From: Phallusia mammillata
Taxonomy: Eukaryota
NCBI GenBank assembly: GCA_965637545.1
Contig: OZ281496.1
Location: 28,644,001 to 28,708,000, forward strand
Reading direction: 5' to 3'
DNA length: 64,000 bases
Made by a program: the position numbers and the translations under genes. Below the pieces are notes generated by a model. That model did no database searches. It worked only from the letters and a program-made list of their open reading frames with translations, and was not told the origin of the DNA. Positions 40,523 through 54,085 of this stretch are shown piece by piece (positions within the stretch are counted from its first letter, which is position 1; each line of letters begins with the position of its first letter).

Positions 40523-41000
40523 CAGGGTTCTTCAACGGGGGCGATTTCGTCCACCGAGGGGGCGATGTTGACAATTTGTGAAATTGGGGGGCGATTTTAC
40601 TTCAAAGGGGGGCGATTTCAACATTACTGATTGTATAAATACGTATAGAAAACTGTAATACGTATAAAAAACTTTAACTTGCAAGCAAATTTTATTCGTC
40701 TTGCAAACAAACACCAGGGACAAAGGGTGCATCAGCTTAAACATGCTGTTATTGAAATATATTGTTTTTACCGCCGATTGTTTGTATTTTTTGTGATCTC
40801 GAGAGCAAGGTTTGGCATTCAATTTGTTATTTGACAGAGAGGACACTTTATTAAGAAGCTTTCGTGTTGCTAGGTGAATCTAACCGCCCACATCTGCTCA
40901 AGTAGCAGAACTTTTATCCAAATAACAGTATCACAGGAGGCGATTCTGAGCCAGTCCCTTAAAAAGGGGGCGATTTCGTCGAAAAGGTTGAAGACCCCTG
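40523..41000. mobile_element. hAT (Charlie/Buster-like) MITE
   Basis: TIR CAGGGTTCTTCAAC...GTTGAAGACCCCTG; perfect TSD GTTTAAAC (40515-40522, 41001-41008) with central TA; subterminal gggggcgattt repeats. Confidence 0.92.
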
Positions 41001-42132
41001 GTTTAAACATTACCTGTTGTTGTTATAATAGGTTAAAAAAAGAAAAAAAGGGTTACTTGTTTTTTATTGTACCTTGCAAGGATACACTTCCTTGAAAATG
41101 TGATAAAATCCGCACCAGCAAAACGTAAAAACCAATAACCCAATTCAGTGCCTTATCCATTATGAAAATTCTGCAGTCTTAAAATGACACAAATGTATTA
41201 GTCTAAAATTCTACTTAAAATATGTTCAGTCAAGTCTTAGTGTAGCCCGGCAATATCTTGTAAACAACCTTGATTCTACGAGTTGCTAATTGCAGGTTGG
41301 TTAACACATAGACAGGTTAAGCAAATTATTTTTGGCTTATCACACGAAAATGTTAAGTCCCTTAGACATTTTCCAAAACAAGTAATATAATAATCCTGTT
41401 TCTGAAAGCAATTTAAAGCTAACAATATTTACAGAAGCCAAGTATCTTACTGCACTGCTGAGATGCGACCGAACAACAGTAAACATGATTAATAAGTGAT
41501 GAGCATCGAGTTTAAGACCAACGTCTGTTGAAACAACGATTTAATGTTTATGACCAACGTCAGAAAAAAAAAACGATTTAGTTAAACGCCATTCGGGCCA
41601 TAAGAGTTAAATGTACTTTTATAGCTTATGATCATGCTACTTTACTCTACATATAAATGCAATTTGGCAGTTGGTTAGGTTTAAAGCAGTGCATTTGCTA
41701 TTTGAATGTCTGACGTAAGTAACTAACAACGGAAGTCAACAACTATATTAACTCTTAGTACAGGTTTAGTTTGTACTAAAAAAATTACAGACAGGTAATT
41801 TTTTTTTGTATTTATTTTACTGCCCAAGAAATACAAAACGTGCTTTATAATGGCCGAAGGTTTGTAAAATTAAATTGCAATATAATTAAGGCTTATTTTG
41901 TAGGTAGCAAATGTACTACAAGTTGGAAAGCAAACAAAGTCACAAATAAACAGAAAACTGAGTTGATGTGGATTGGTTCCCAGGTTCACATTTAAAAAAA
42001 ATGTCGGACATTTATATTAGCTGAAACCTTTTTCGTCGAACGTATCGCCAACTTTATAGAAACAAGTTAATAATCAACAAATGAGTTTTGTGTTTTGCTT
42101 AGCAACGAACGAGAAAGTCGAAATCGTCTTAC

Positions 42133-42232
42133 TTTGAAACGAGTAGGTGAATGAAGCAGAAAAGCATGCTTCGCTGGTCACGCCGTAACTGGATGTGCCT
42201 ACGTATTTGGACAGTGGATCACTTTTGAACAG
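42133..42232 (-). pseudogene. 5'-truncated LCCL C-terminal-half exon relic
   Basis: Translates LFKSDPLSKYVGTSSYGVTSEACFSASFTYSFQ followed by an A|gtaag donor; paralogous to gene A exon 39516-39397 ([33 protein letters not shown]). No acceptor; it is fused to gene B sequence on the other strand. Confidence 0.8.
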
Positions 42233-44078
42233 ACGAGCCAAAAAGAGATGGTCCCAATGCAAGTCTGAAAACCTTCTGCGTTTTAAGGACTCTAATTCAT
42301 TGGGTCAATAGTTGGCTGTTACGTTTTGGTAAGAATAAATTTTTAGTTGTAATTTTATGTAAAAACACTATTTTTAAATTCATGTTGACCCAGGTGTTCA
42401 CCACGAAGCCAAACAGCAATCTCGGTAAGTTTGGGATTATTATTTTTTACAAATTGTGAATTAAAAAAAATGTAAAAGCTTCATGGTTTAAGAACATTAA
42501 TATGTTCATCAAAACAGTAATATATAATGTGGAGTTTAATACATCTGTAAAGATTTAGGTGAAAAAGAATTAGAACAACTCGCGACGGAGTTACACAAAA
42601 GATTAAATCAAACAGAAGGTGAGATTTGCATTTGATTTAAAAAATGTAAGCTAATGGAATGGAATGTAACAAAACCCTGTTAACGCTGTTTAATAGGTCC
42701 AAGCAATGCGGCGGAACAATGCGAATGTGATGTAGAAATCGAACTTCAAAACAAGTTGCAGCAACTCCACGCAAGACTTGCCAAAGTTGAAGGTAAAAAT
42801 TGTTTGCAAATTAATCCATGCCAAAAATATTCATATACGTTTTGAACATTTATGCCCAGCTTTCATCAACCCAACGTCTTGTCGGGATGTTGCACCTCGC
42901 CATGCATACGACACCGGCGGCGTTTATACGATTTATCCACTTACTGGAAGGCGTCAGGGAGTCATAGTTTACTGTGATTTGGTTACAGACGGCGGTGGAT
43001 GGCTGGTAGGGCAAATTTCTTTTTTAATAACTTAATAGATACAAAAGAAACTTCGTAAAGTGAAATTGAATCAACAGGTTTTCCAGAAAAGGTAAGATGG
43101 CTCAGAAAACTTTAACCGCGGATGGGATGATTACGTCAAAGGATTTGGGAAACTAAATGGCGAGTTCTGGTTGGGTGAGTGACAATTTTTTTATTATTTA
43201 GGATCGATGTAATTTCGCGCGTGAATAGAATCGAACTGCTTATGTTGAGTTTTTTCATGTAAATTTATTGTTTACAAAACTTTCACAAATATTTACCATT
43301 TTCCGGTAGTACGCTAACGCGAGTTAATTTTTACGTACCAATGTCAATATTTCTACACAACGCAAACCTTGACCAATTTAAAGGAACCCAATTTGCTTTA
43401 CAGGTCTTGAAAACTTGCACTTGATAACAAACAGTGGCGATTACGAAATGAGAATTGATATGGAGGATTTTGAAGGGAAACAAAACTTATGCTCATTACG
43501 GGTAGCAATGCAAAATTTAAAACGTGATGTTTAAGAGTGACCAATTATCTTCCATTTTATTAGAAAATTTTCCGTCGGTCCAGGAAGTAATTATACCTTG
43601 ACACAAGGCAGTTTTTCCGGTCCAGCAGGTAACTTTTTTTCTCAATCATAAAATTCATACTTTGTCAACGTCAAAAACATCTACCTGTTTGAACCACTAC
43701 AAACAATCTTTTGTTATGTCAAAAACAATTTAACCGTTGTTGAAACATGCCTTAAGATTTTTATGCTTATCTAACAGTTAGTTTTTGTCTGTTTTTCTAT
43801 GCATGACGTTTTGGATTTTTACCTTTTATGAAGGTAATGGTATGCGACCCACTGGTGCCAGATTCTCCACCGAGGACAGAGACCAGGACACATGGCCAAA
43901 AAATTGTGCTCAGTCTTACAAAGGGGGTTGGTGGTTTACAAATTGCCACAGTGGAAATCCCAATGGTTATTACTATGGTGGTCCGCATGACTCATATGCA
44001 GATGGTGTTTGCCAGAGTCCGTTTCGTGGGAATTACTACTCATTGAAAACCATGGAGATGAAAATTAGAAGAAAGTAA
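42227..44078 (+). pseudogene. Gene B: type II membrane FReD pseudogene (collagen-less subtype)
   Basis: Exons about 42227-42328, 42394-42424, 42553-42618, 42697-42792, 42860-43005, 43078-43174, 43404-43501, 43564-43628, 43834-44078. Lesions: 5' truncation, 11-nt deletion in the TM exon (after 42297), in-frame TAA at 43093-43095, and a +1 frameshift near 43475 (98-nt exon versus 97 in paralogs). Confidence 0.9.
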
Positions 44079-44400
44079 CTGCATGAGTAGCTCCAACAAA
44101 AGCTAAAAGCGATATTTTTTTAATTTGGTAGAGTTGGTGTTATATTTTATATCTGTCGACTGTAATAAAAATCTTTCCAAAAATGTTTTTAATATTTTTT
44201 ATTACTTGTTGTAATTACAAACACATCTGTGGTGTTCTTAACTGTTAACTGTTTCCGACAACAGTAATAGCTTTGTTTTGTGATGTTGATGTGTTTTGAT
44301 GTAAATGTTGTCTGATGAACAAAATGTTATGGATTTTTAAAAATAAAGTGTCATGAGTACTTGCAAGAATGTACTTGTATGGGAGCAGGTTGATGTACAG

Positions 44401-44824
44401 CAGCGGTTCTTAAACTGGGGTCCGCGGTCCTTTAGGAGCCCGTGAGGCAATTTTGGGGGGACCGCGAAGGGGTTAAAGTAATTCTATAATCTTATTTGGC
44501 GTCAGTTTGTGCCACTAAATAAGTTTAATTCAAAGTGGAATTGAGAATCGACTGTCTCCATTGCTAAACAATAGCCTTTATTGAAAGACAACTACCAAAA
44601 ATGCAATTGTTCGCGCACACTCGTAATGCTTTTTTTGTATTGTCTGTGATGTCGTAAGCTGTCTTTGGATGATTATTATGCGCAATTTTGTATAACCAGC
44701 TAAAATCCTGCAATCAACTTTCGTTTTTATGAAATACACATTTAGGCTTAAGGACCGCGAGCCCTCGAAATAATGTCAAAGGGACCGTTTTAAAAAAAAA
44801 TATGAAAAAGTTTGAGAACCACTG
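44401..44824. mobile_element. hAT (Charlie/Buster-like) MITE
   Basis: TIR CAGCGGTTCTTAAACT...AGTTTGAGAACCACTG; TSD ATGTACAG (44393-44400, 44825-44832). Confidence 0.9.
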
Positions 44825-44832
44825 ATGTACAG

Positions 44833-45360
44833 CAGGGCTGCAACTCCTTGGGATTTTTCCCAAGATCTTGGGATTTCAGTGCTGAGCTTGGGATCTTGGG
44901 AAAAACTTTTTAAACCTTGGGATTTTTTGAAATTCTCCGTTTAATACGTTTGAGATGCAAATATTATTATTGTTGCGAACAAAAATTATCCTTTTGCAAA
45001 AATCATCTTTTTATGTAACGATTCTTTGTGTTTAAAGCCGTGTAAGTTGATTGAAATTCGCTGTCAAAACTAGTGAGTCAGGCCAGTACTACAGGCTTTT
45101 CGATGTATCATGTGCCAGTAAAAAAAATGTCCAAAAAAACTTATTTTTTCTTTTGTATTTTTCTGGTATTTCTTATCACCTTTTCAAAGGTTCGTGATGG
45201 CTGGGACCTGGTGTAACTATAAAGATTATGTTTGCCTGCTCCAGCTAGGATTTAAACTGTGTATTTGCCATTTTTTGGTTATCTTGGGATTTTTGGACAA
45301 ACCTTGGGATTTTTAGTGAGGGAACCTTGGGATATCTTAAAATTCTCAGTGGCAGCCCTG
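44833..45360. mobile_element. hAT-type MITE abutting the previous one
   Basis: TIR CAGGGCTGCAACT...AGTGGCAGCCCTG; TSD ATGTACAG (44825-44832, 45361-45368); subterminal cttgggat repeats. Confidence 0.9.
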
Positions 45361-45506
45361 ATGTACAGGAACGTTTGCAGAAATTAGTAAACTTTAACTT
45401 GAGTTTTACTGCTAAAAAGTTTGAGTCTCTAGAATAGGTAAACATTGTAAAAATCATTAAATGTCCAAAGGAGAAGCTACTGCATCGTTAACGGACTTAT
45501 AATACG

Positions 45507-47910
45507 TGTATGGTAAGAGTTATCGCTAACGTATGAATGGATCGCGGGTAATTACAGGTGTTACTGCGACCTGTTGAAATTTTTTGTTGACACTTTACAA
45601 ACAGTTTTTAAAAATATCTGATTATGCAGAGCGTTAACAGTTTGCTATAATATAATCCGATTTAAGCGCCTCTCTTTTGACAGATAATACTGGAAGCTTT
45701 GAACATAAACTTCCATTAAAATCCAATGGATTTTAATCAAAAATTACGGTAAGGGCGGTTTGTCACTAATTCAAACTGTCCAGCAGTTTGGGGCTTTCAA
45801 CAAATGGACGAATAGGCCAGACTTGATACTTTATATTTTTTTGGTTTCTAGTTTCTTAAGTCATGCTATCAGGGTACAGTAAAAAGTGGTAAAGCTCAAA
45901 TTGCGCTGGAACAAACCTACTTGTTGTAGTTAGGAGAAATTACCATCTTGTGGCGATGCAGCGATAAACAGCCCATGATCAGGTTTCTATTAACAGACAT
46001 TGTAGAAGAGACTATGTGGCCACTGCGGTGTGTATTATCGCTAAAGATGATCGTAATCAAATCCTGATGTGTGTAAAGATAGCAACCAAAACGACTTTAA
46101 GCACCAAAGCCGTGCTTACGTATTAACCACATTGTGATAGAGTCATCATGGCATTAATGTTCAAATTTAGATGCTCCAGACAAGAAAAGCGTTGAATGTA
46201 CTTTGGTGCTTGTTTTATTAGCAGAATTGATATATATATATTAATTAATTGGCCAATATATCGATTTATATGGATTTGTTTTACGGTTAACACGCAAAAA
46301 CGCACCTAGTTGCTTCAAATTTTAAGCAAGTAAAATAATGACTTTCCTGTACATTAATTTTAGAAAAAAACAGCCTGCGGAGGGATTCGAACACATGACA
46401 GGAGTGAATGAATTTTTGTTTATCTTTCCTGTACAGTGTCATTTGAAATGCACCACAACAAATTTGAGTCGCTAAAGTAATGTTTACTACGGGTATTCTC
46501 AATTGTATTCAATTGGGTCCACAAACATACAGTCGTTTAGTTTTTATTTGAATAGCACATGCATTTATTTTTTTCTGATTTTCAACTCCATGGTTTTCAA
46601 TGAGTAGTGGTAGCCTCGAAAAGGCTCCCAGCAAACACCATCTGCATATGAGTCATGCGGACCACCATAGTAATAACCATTGGGATTGCCACCATGACAG
46701 TTTGTAAACCACCAACCACCTTTGAATGACTGAGCACAATTAGATGAGTAAGTATCCTGGTCCCTGTCCTTGGTGGAGAATCTAGTTCCGGTGGGTTGCA
46801 ATCCATTACCTTTAACCAACGTATAAGTTTCGTTAATGAAAACCTAGTTTCGTGAACCTAAAATACAAATCATTCTTCATTGCAGTATGACAACAACCAC
46901 AATGATTATAGGTGCAAAGAGTTGAGAAAAGAATATGTACCTGCTGGCCCGGAAAAATGTTCTTGTGTCAAGGTGTAATCGTTTCCAGAACCCACAGAAA
47001 AGTTCCTAGAATAATTGAAACACGTTGTATTTTATGACATAATACCCTAAAAAACTCAAGCGCATAAATATACCCATAATATGCATAAGTTTTGTTTCCC
47101 TCAAAGTCCTCCATGTCAATTCTCATTTCATATTCGCCACTGTTTGTTATCAAGTGTAGGTTTTCAAGTCCTGGAAAGTAAACAAGGTTGGTGACAATGT
47201 TGACAGGTCAAATACTCCACAACTGCGAAGTTAATCCCTAAATGAGCCAACATTTGATGTCATTTAACTGCTTACAAGACGCATGCATGTAAAAACACCA
47301 AAAACAGTCGGCAACTCGATCTTAGAGATCCTAGCCTAGTTGAGAAAGAAACTGCCACTTTGGTACTTAGTTGTGGTAAGTTCCATTACGTTAGAGCCAT
47401 TAAAACGTTACGGTAGGGAATATTCATGCGTCTTTGATCAAAATCAACAATTTTTAGCTGTTGCATGGAAAACAATAATCAAAATGAATTTAGAACATTC
47501 GGTTTGGCGGTCGTTGCACGTGAAATGCTTCTAAACTCTTACCCAACCAGAACTCGCCGTCTAGTTTCCCAAATCCGTTCACGTAATCATCCCATCCACG
47601 ATCGAAGTTTTCCGAGCCATCTTTCCTTTTTTGGAACACCTGTACGTACATTTTCTTCTTTACGATATGATTGTTCATGATCAATTCATTCAACCTATAC
47701 CAGCCATCCGCCACCGTCTGTCACCAAATCACAGTAAACTTTGACTCCCTGACGCCCTCCAGCGAGCGGGTAAATCGTATAAACGCCACCGGTGTCGTTT
47801 GCATATCGAGGTGAAACATCTCGACAAGATTTTGGATTGATAGCAGCTGAACATAAACGATGAAAAAAGGAAATAGTTACTGGACAAGACAGTTTATTTT
47901 TCTTTTGACT
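45507..47910. repeat. Segmental duplication, copy 2 (partner about 35681-38175)
   Basis: Same non-coding and FBG sequence as copy 1; homology ends in the intron upstream of the first FBG exon. Confidence 0.92.
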
Positions 47911-48542
47911 TGACAAATAACTGGTTTCTGAATTAACTTCCAACCACCTTCAGCTCTTGCAAGTCTCTCTTCAAGTTGCTGCATCTTGTTTCGAAGTTCG
48001 ATTTCAGAATCACATTCGCATTGTTTCGCCGCGTCGCCTTTATCTCCCTTGGGACCGGGAAATCCTCGTGGACCTGTCAAATGATTATGTTTACTAGCCG
48101 AGTGCTTGTCTTTCCAAATAATGAGATTGATAGAAAAGTAAAGTCAAAATAAGTTTAAAAAACTCCTCGTGAAATCGGCCATAGTTAAATCGCAAACATA
48201 TGCTGGTCACCAATCAACAACTACGTGTTTGATTATTGAGACATAATTGTTAATCACACTTTTGTTGCCTTTTGTATGTTGCGAAATGCTTGGAGGGCTG
48301 ATTTAGATTCGGTTTACTCATCTTGAAGCATGTTGCTATATGTTTGTCTTACCTCTTTTGCCTGGTGGGCCTCGACCAAAGCTTGACATTGTGCCTGTAT
48401 TTGATTGATTATTCGATAAAGATCTTTGAAACACTTCATGCAAACTTCCACACTGAAAATTCACTGAACATGATTCCAAGTTAATGTGACCGCTTGCAGC
48501 AGCGAGAAACAACAAAACCAGCAAAAAGTGTTTGGGAGCCAT
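46565..48542 (-). CDS. Gene C: secreted ficolin-like protein (signal peptide, Cys segment, short collagen, CEC/coiled coil, FBG), about 321 aa
   Basis: Exons 48542-48353, 48073-47948, 47846-47701, 47639-47543, 47170-47074, 47005-46941, 46809-46565; 966 nt, open frame. Signal [18 protein letters not shown]; collagen [21 protein letters not shown]; FBG motifs [42 protein letters not shown]. Confidence 0.92.
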
Positions 48543-49067
48543 TTCAACGTTTAACAGAAAGTCAAGCACAAATGCTGCATCTTTTATCACAGAGGGACAA
48601 TTTATACAGTGGCGATGAGCTGTTTGTGGAAAACAAAGTTGACTCGAGGGAATTTCGTAGATGAGAATGTCACGTACCGAAACTGGCTTGGCAAAAACAA
48701 GTGAAGCAATTTAATTTGAAATGGAAATTTTCCCAAGCGCTTCCAAGGTTATGTTGTTGCCATATCTAAACATTTGTAACAAAATTAATCGCCCGTTTAA
48801 GCTATACTGTAGTTTCAAATCTCCACTCATTACTATTTTTATCAAAATTAAAGTAAAACATCAATAGCAAAGCAAAAACGATGTTTTAAACCAACTATTT
48901 ATAGCCTTCTGGATCTTGAAAAATTCGGGGCCTTTTGCCAAAGCACTGAATTCATATGAGCCAATTGCAACAAACCTGGTAATAGTTTTTAGCTTCTTAT
49001 ATCCGTAATATGTTCTATTTATGTAACTGTCTTGTAACTGTGGAGAATAGGAAATGTTGTGCTGATA

Positions 49068-49300
49068 CAACCCACTGGTACTAGATTATCCAACAGGGAC
49101 AAAGAACAATTTAATATTTGTTCGAATGGTTGTGCCCAGAAATACATAGGTGGTTGGTGGTTTCCAAATTGCCATGCTGGAAATCCCGATGGTTATTACT
49201 ATGGTGGGCCGCATGAATCATATGCCGATGGTGTTTGCTTGAGGCTGTTTCGAGGCTACAATTACTCATTGAAGACGATGGAGTTGGAATCAGAAAAAAA
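49068..49300 (+). pseudogene. Orphan FBG terminal-exon fragment
   Basis: QPTGTRLSNRDKEQ...GGWWFPNCHAGNPDG...YADG; no acceptor or upstream exons; frameshift just before the usual KIRKK end. Confidence 0.88.
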
Positions 49301-50177
49301 TGCGATTGCAGCTTTAATGATAAAATATTATCAGTTTTAATGAAAAATTAATGGAAACGTGTCAGTTTATCGTATGCTGTACGATGTGTGTATACAACCA
49401 ATTGCATATGTGATATGTTTTTATAATGCGAGACTACGGCGGACGTTTTAGCTGCTGGTCCTTTTTGAAGTTTCAAGTAATTTCGTTATTTTTTTATCAC
49501 TCTCTGTAAATGCCGAATAAATAAATTTTTGATTTTTAGACGGTTTAGATTTTCATGACACTCCACAATAATATGACGGAACGGCGGCGAAACGTGATAT
49601 CATTTGCTTAATGTATTTCGTAACAATTACTATTTAAAACATTAGTTCAGTCAAATGACATGTTTTGCAACTGGTGTTTTAATTAGAAAAACCAAGAAAA
49701 AACCAAGAGATGCATTAAAGAAACATAGTAGGTGTTACCAACATGGTTATCAATACTATGGACTTGTTCTGACAGCTTTCGCTATTGACCATCCATCAAA
49801 CAGCATTGGTAAGGTATGGCTTTTTAGCCTGTTACTTCCAACAAACTGGAGTGGCATGCCGTTGAATGGCTACACTATAGCCAATACGGCCGATCTCTCG
49901 TCCCCAGCTGCATTTATGAGATTTATGAGACCTTATAGGTCAAAACAGTATGCAAGTCCGCAGTTTATCATTTATTGGATTTTTGCTTTTGTAACTAGAT
50001 ATCATGGAACTAAATAATTTTGAACAATCTAGAGTTATTGTCAAATCATTTACAAAGTGCTTTTGTATTCACATGAGCTCACGTGCAAAACTTAGCGTAG
50101 GTCACAGCTTTGAGCAAGCTGTGTTTTTTTAAAGCAATGCCAAACCCACTGGACTATAAGACGTTGACGGAATCGTG

Positions 50178-52567
<2,390 letters not shown>

Positions 52568-53160
52568 TTGCACACATACTTGGGAAAAAAAGACAACGTA
52601 CTTCTATATATGGTAAATAATATGCGCATTTACGTGATTTATACAAGAGATTTCAAATAAAAGTGACAATTACACAAGTTGTTTTGCAAACAAACTACGA
52701 TTTCAAACATATTTGGCCACCAGAAAACAACAAAACGAGATAAAGAGTTATATAAATGTTCACCAGAAACCTAAAATAGCATCTTAAAGTGACTTCGCGT
52801 AGTGATACGGAACGGCGGCGAAACGTGATATCATTTGCTTAATGTATTTCGTAACAATTACTGTTTAAAACATCAGTTGTATGAGATCACATGACGTATT
52901 TTGCCAACATAAAACAAAGAGGTGTATTAAAGAAGCGTAGTAGGTGTTACCAGCAATAGCGTTATGAAAACTATGGGCTTGTTGCGACAGCTTTCGCAAT
53001 CGGCCATTCATCGAACTGTATTGGTGAGGCATGGGTTTAGCCTGTTACTCCCAACAAACTGAAGTGCCGTTGAATGACCCACCAGGCAATACGTCCTATC
53101 TCTCGTCCCAAGCTGCACTAATGAGACCTTATGGGTCGAAATAGTGTCCACTGTCCGCAG

Positions 53161-53650
53161 CTAAATTACCACATCGTCAAGGGAAAATTCAATGACATCC
53201 TCGACCCTGACGATGCTTTTTTAGTTTCGTCACCAACCCCAACATCTTCAATGGCTTTGGTATCATAATAACGACATACCATAAACAGAGTCGCCACTTG
53301 CATTTTTTCGGATAAAAAACATCCATGCAAGCACTTCCAGGTTTTCAGACGACAAGTTCGATGATGGTTCATTTGAAACATGCTTTACAACTAGATATCA
53401 TTTGACTAAATGCTTTATAAAGCCTACCTGCTGTCATCGCGTTACCGTCAACGTCTTTAAGTCCAGTGGGTTTGGCATTTCTTAAAGAAAAAAACACAGC
53501 TCGCTTAAAGATGTGACATACGTTACGTTTTGCACGTGAGCTCGTGTTAAAACAGAAACACGTTTGTAAAAAATTTGTAAATAACTCCAGATTCCCTAAA
53601 ATTATTTTTTCAATCATATCTAGTTGTAGCTCATTAGGTAGCAAAAAAGT
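53161..53650 (-). pseudogene. Inverted 5' remnant (upstream block plus MTA first exon) of a lost FReD paralog
   Basis: ATGACAGCAG|gtagg at 53437-53428 on the minus strand, with upstream sequence homologous to about 49980-50190; direct-orientation homology stops at 53160; no FBG exons follow. Confidence 0.7.
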
Positions 53651-54085
53651 CGTTCCATTACTGTTCCGACGGTTGGACTAAATTGGGACAAACATGACTG
53701 AACAAATTAATTTGGGCAAAATTAAGTTTGACTAAACGCAAACACATGATCTTTACCTTCCATGCAATGTAGTTTTCAAAATTGGTGAAGTCCATCATAT
53801 TCGCCAAAGATATTTTTTTTTAACAGATGACTTGCTTAAAAGGCACGGAATTGTGACACCAATAAACCAACATATTTGGTAAACAACTTCTATTTAAAAA
53901 AACACGTACTAAAGCGTGGTGTTACCTGTGTGCTACAATTATAGAATAAAGGAGGCGTATTGAGTAACACAGTAGGTGTTAGCAATATGTGGCAAGAGAG
54001 ATTGTTCTTATATTCTTGCTTCGACCAATAAACAGCTATTGGGTCTGGGACTATTGGAAGGCAAACAATTATCATTTGCTGCAAC

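Noticed and set aside
49655-50017. 120-aa plus-strand ORF upstream of gene D
   Set aside because: Not kept open in the paralogous copies at 52.9 and 56.9 kb.
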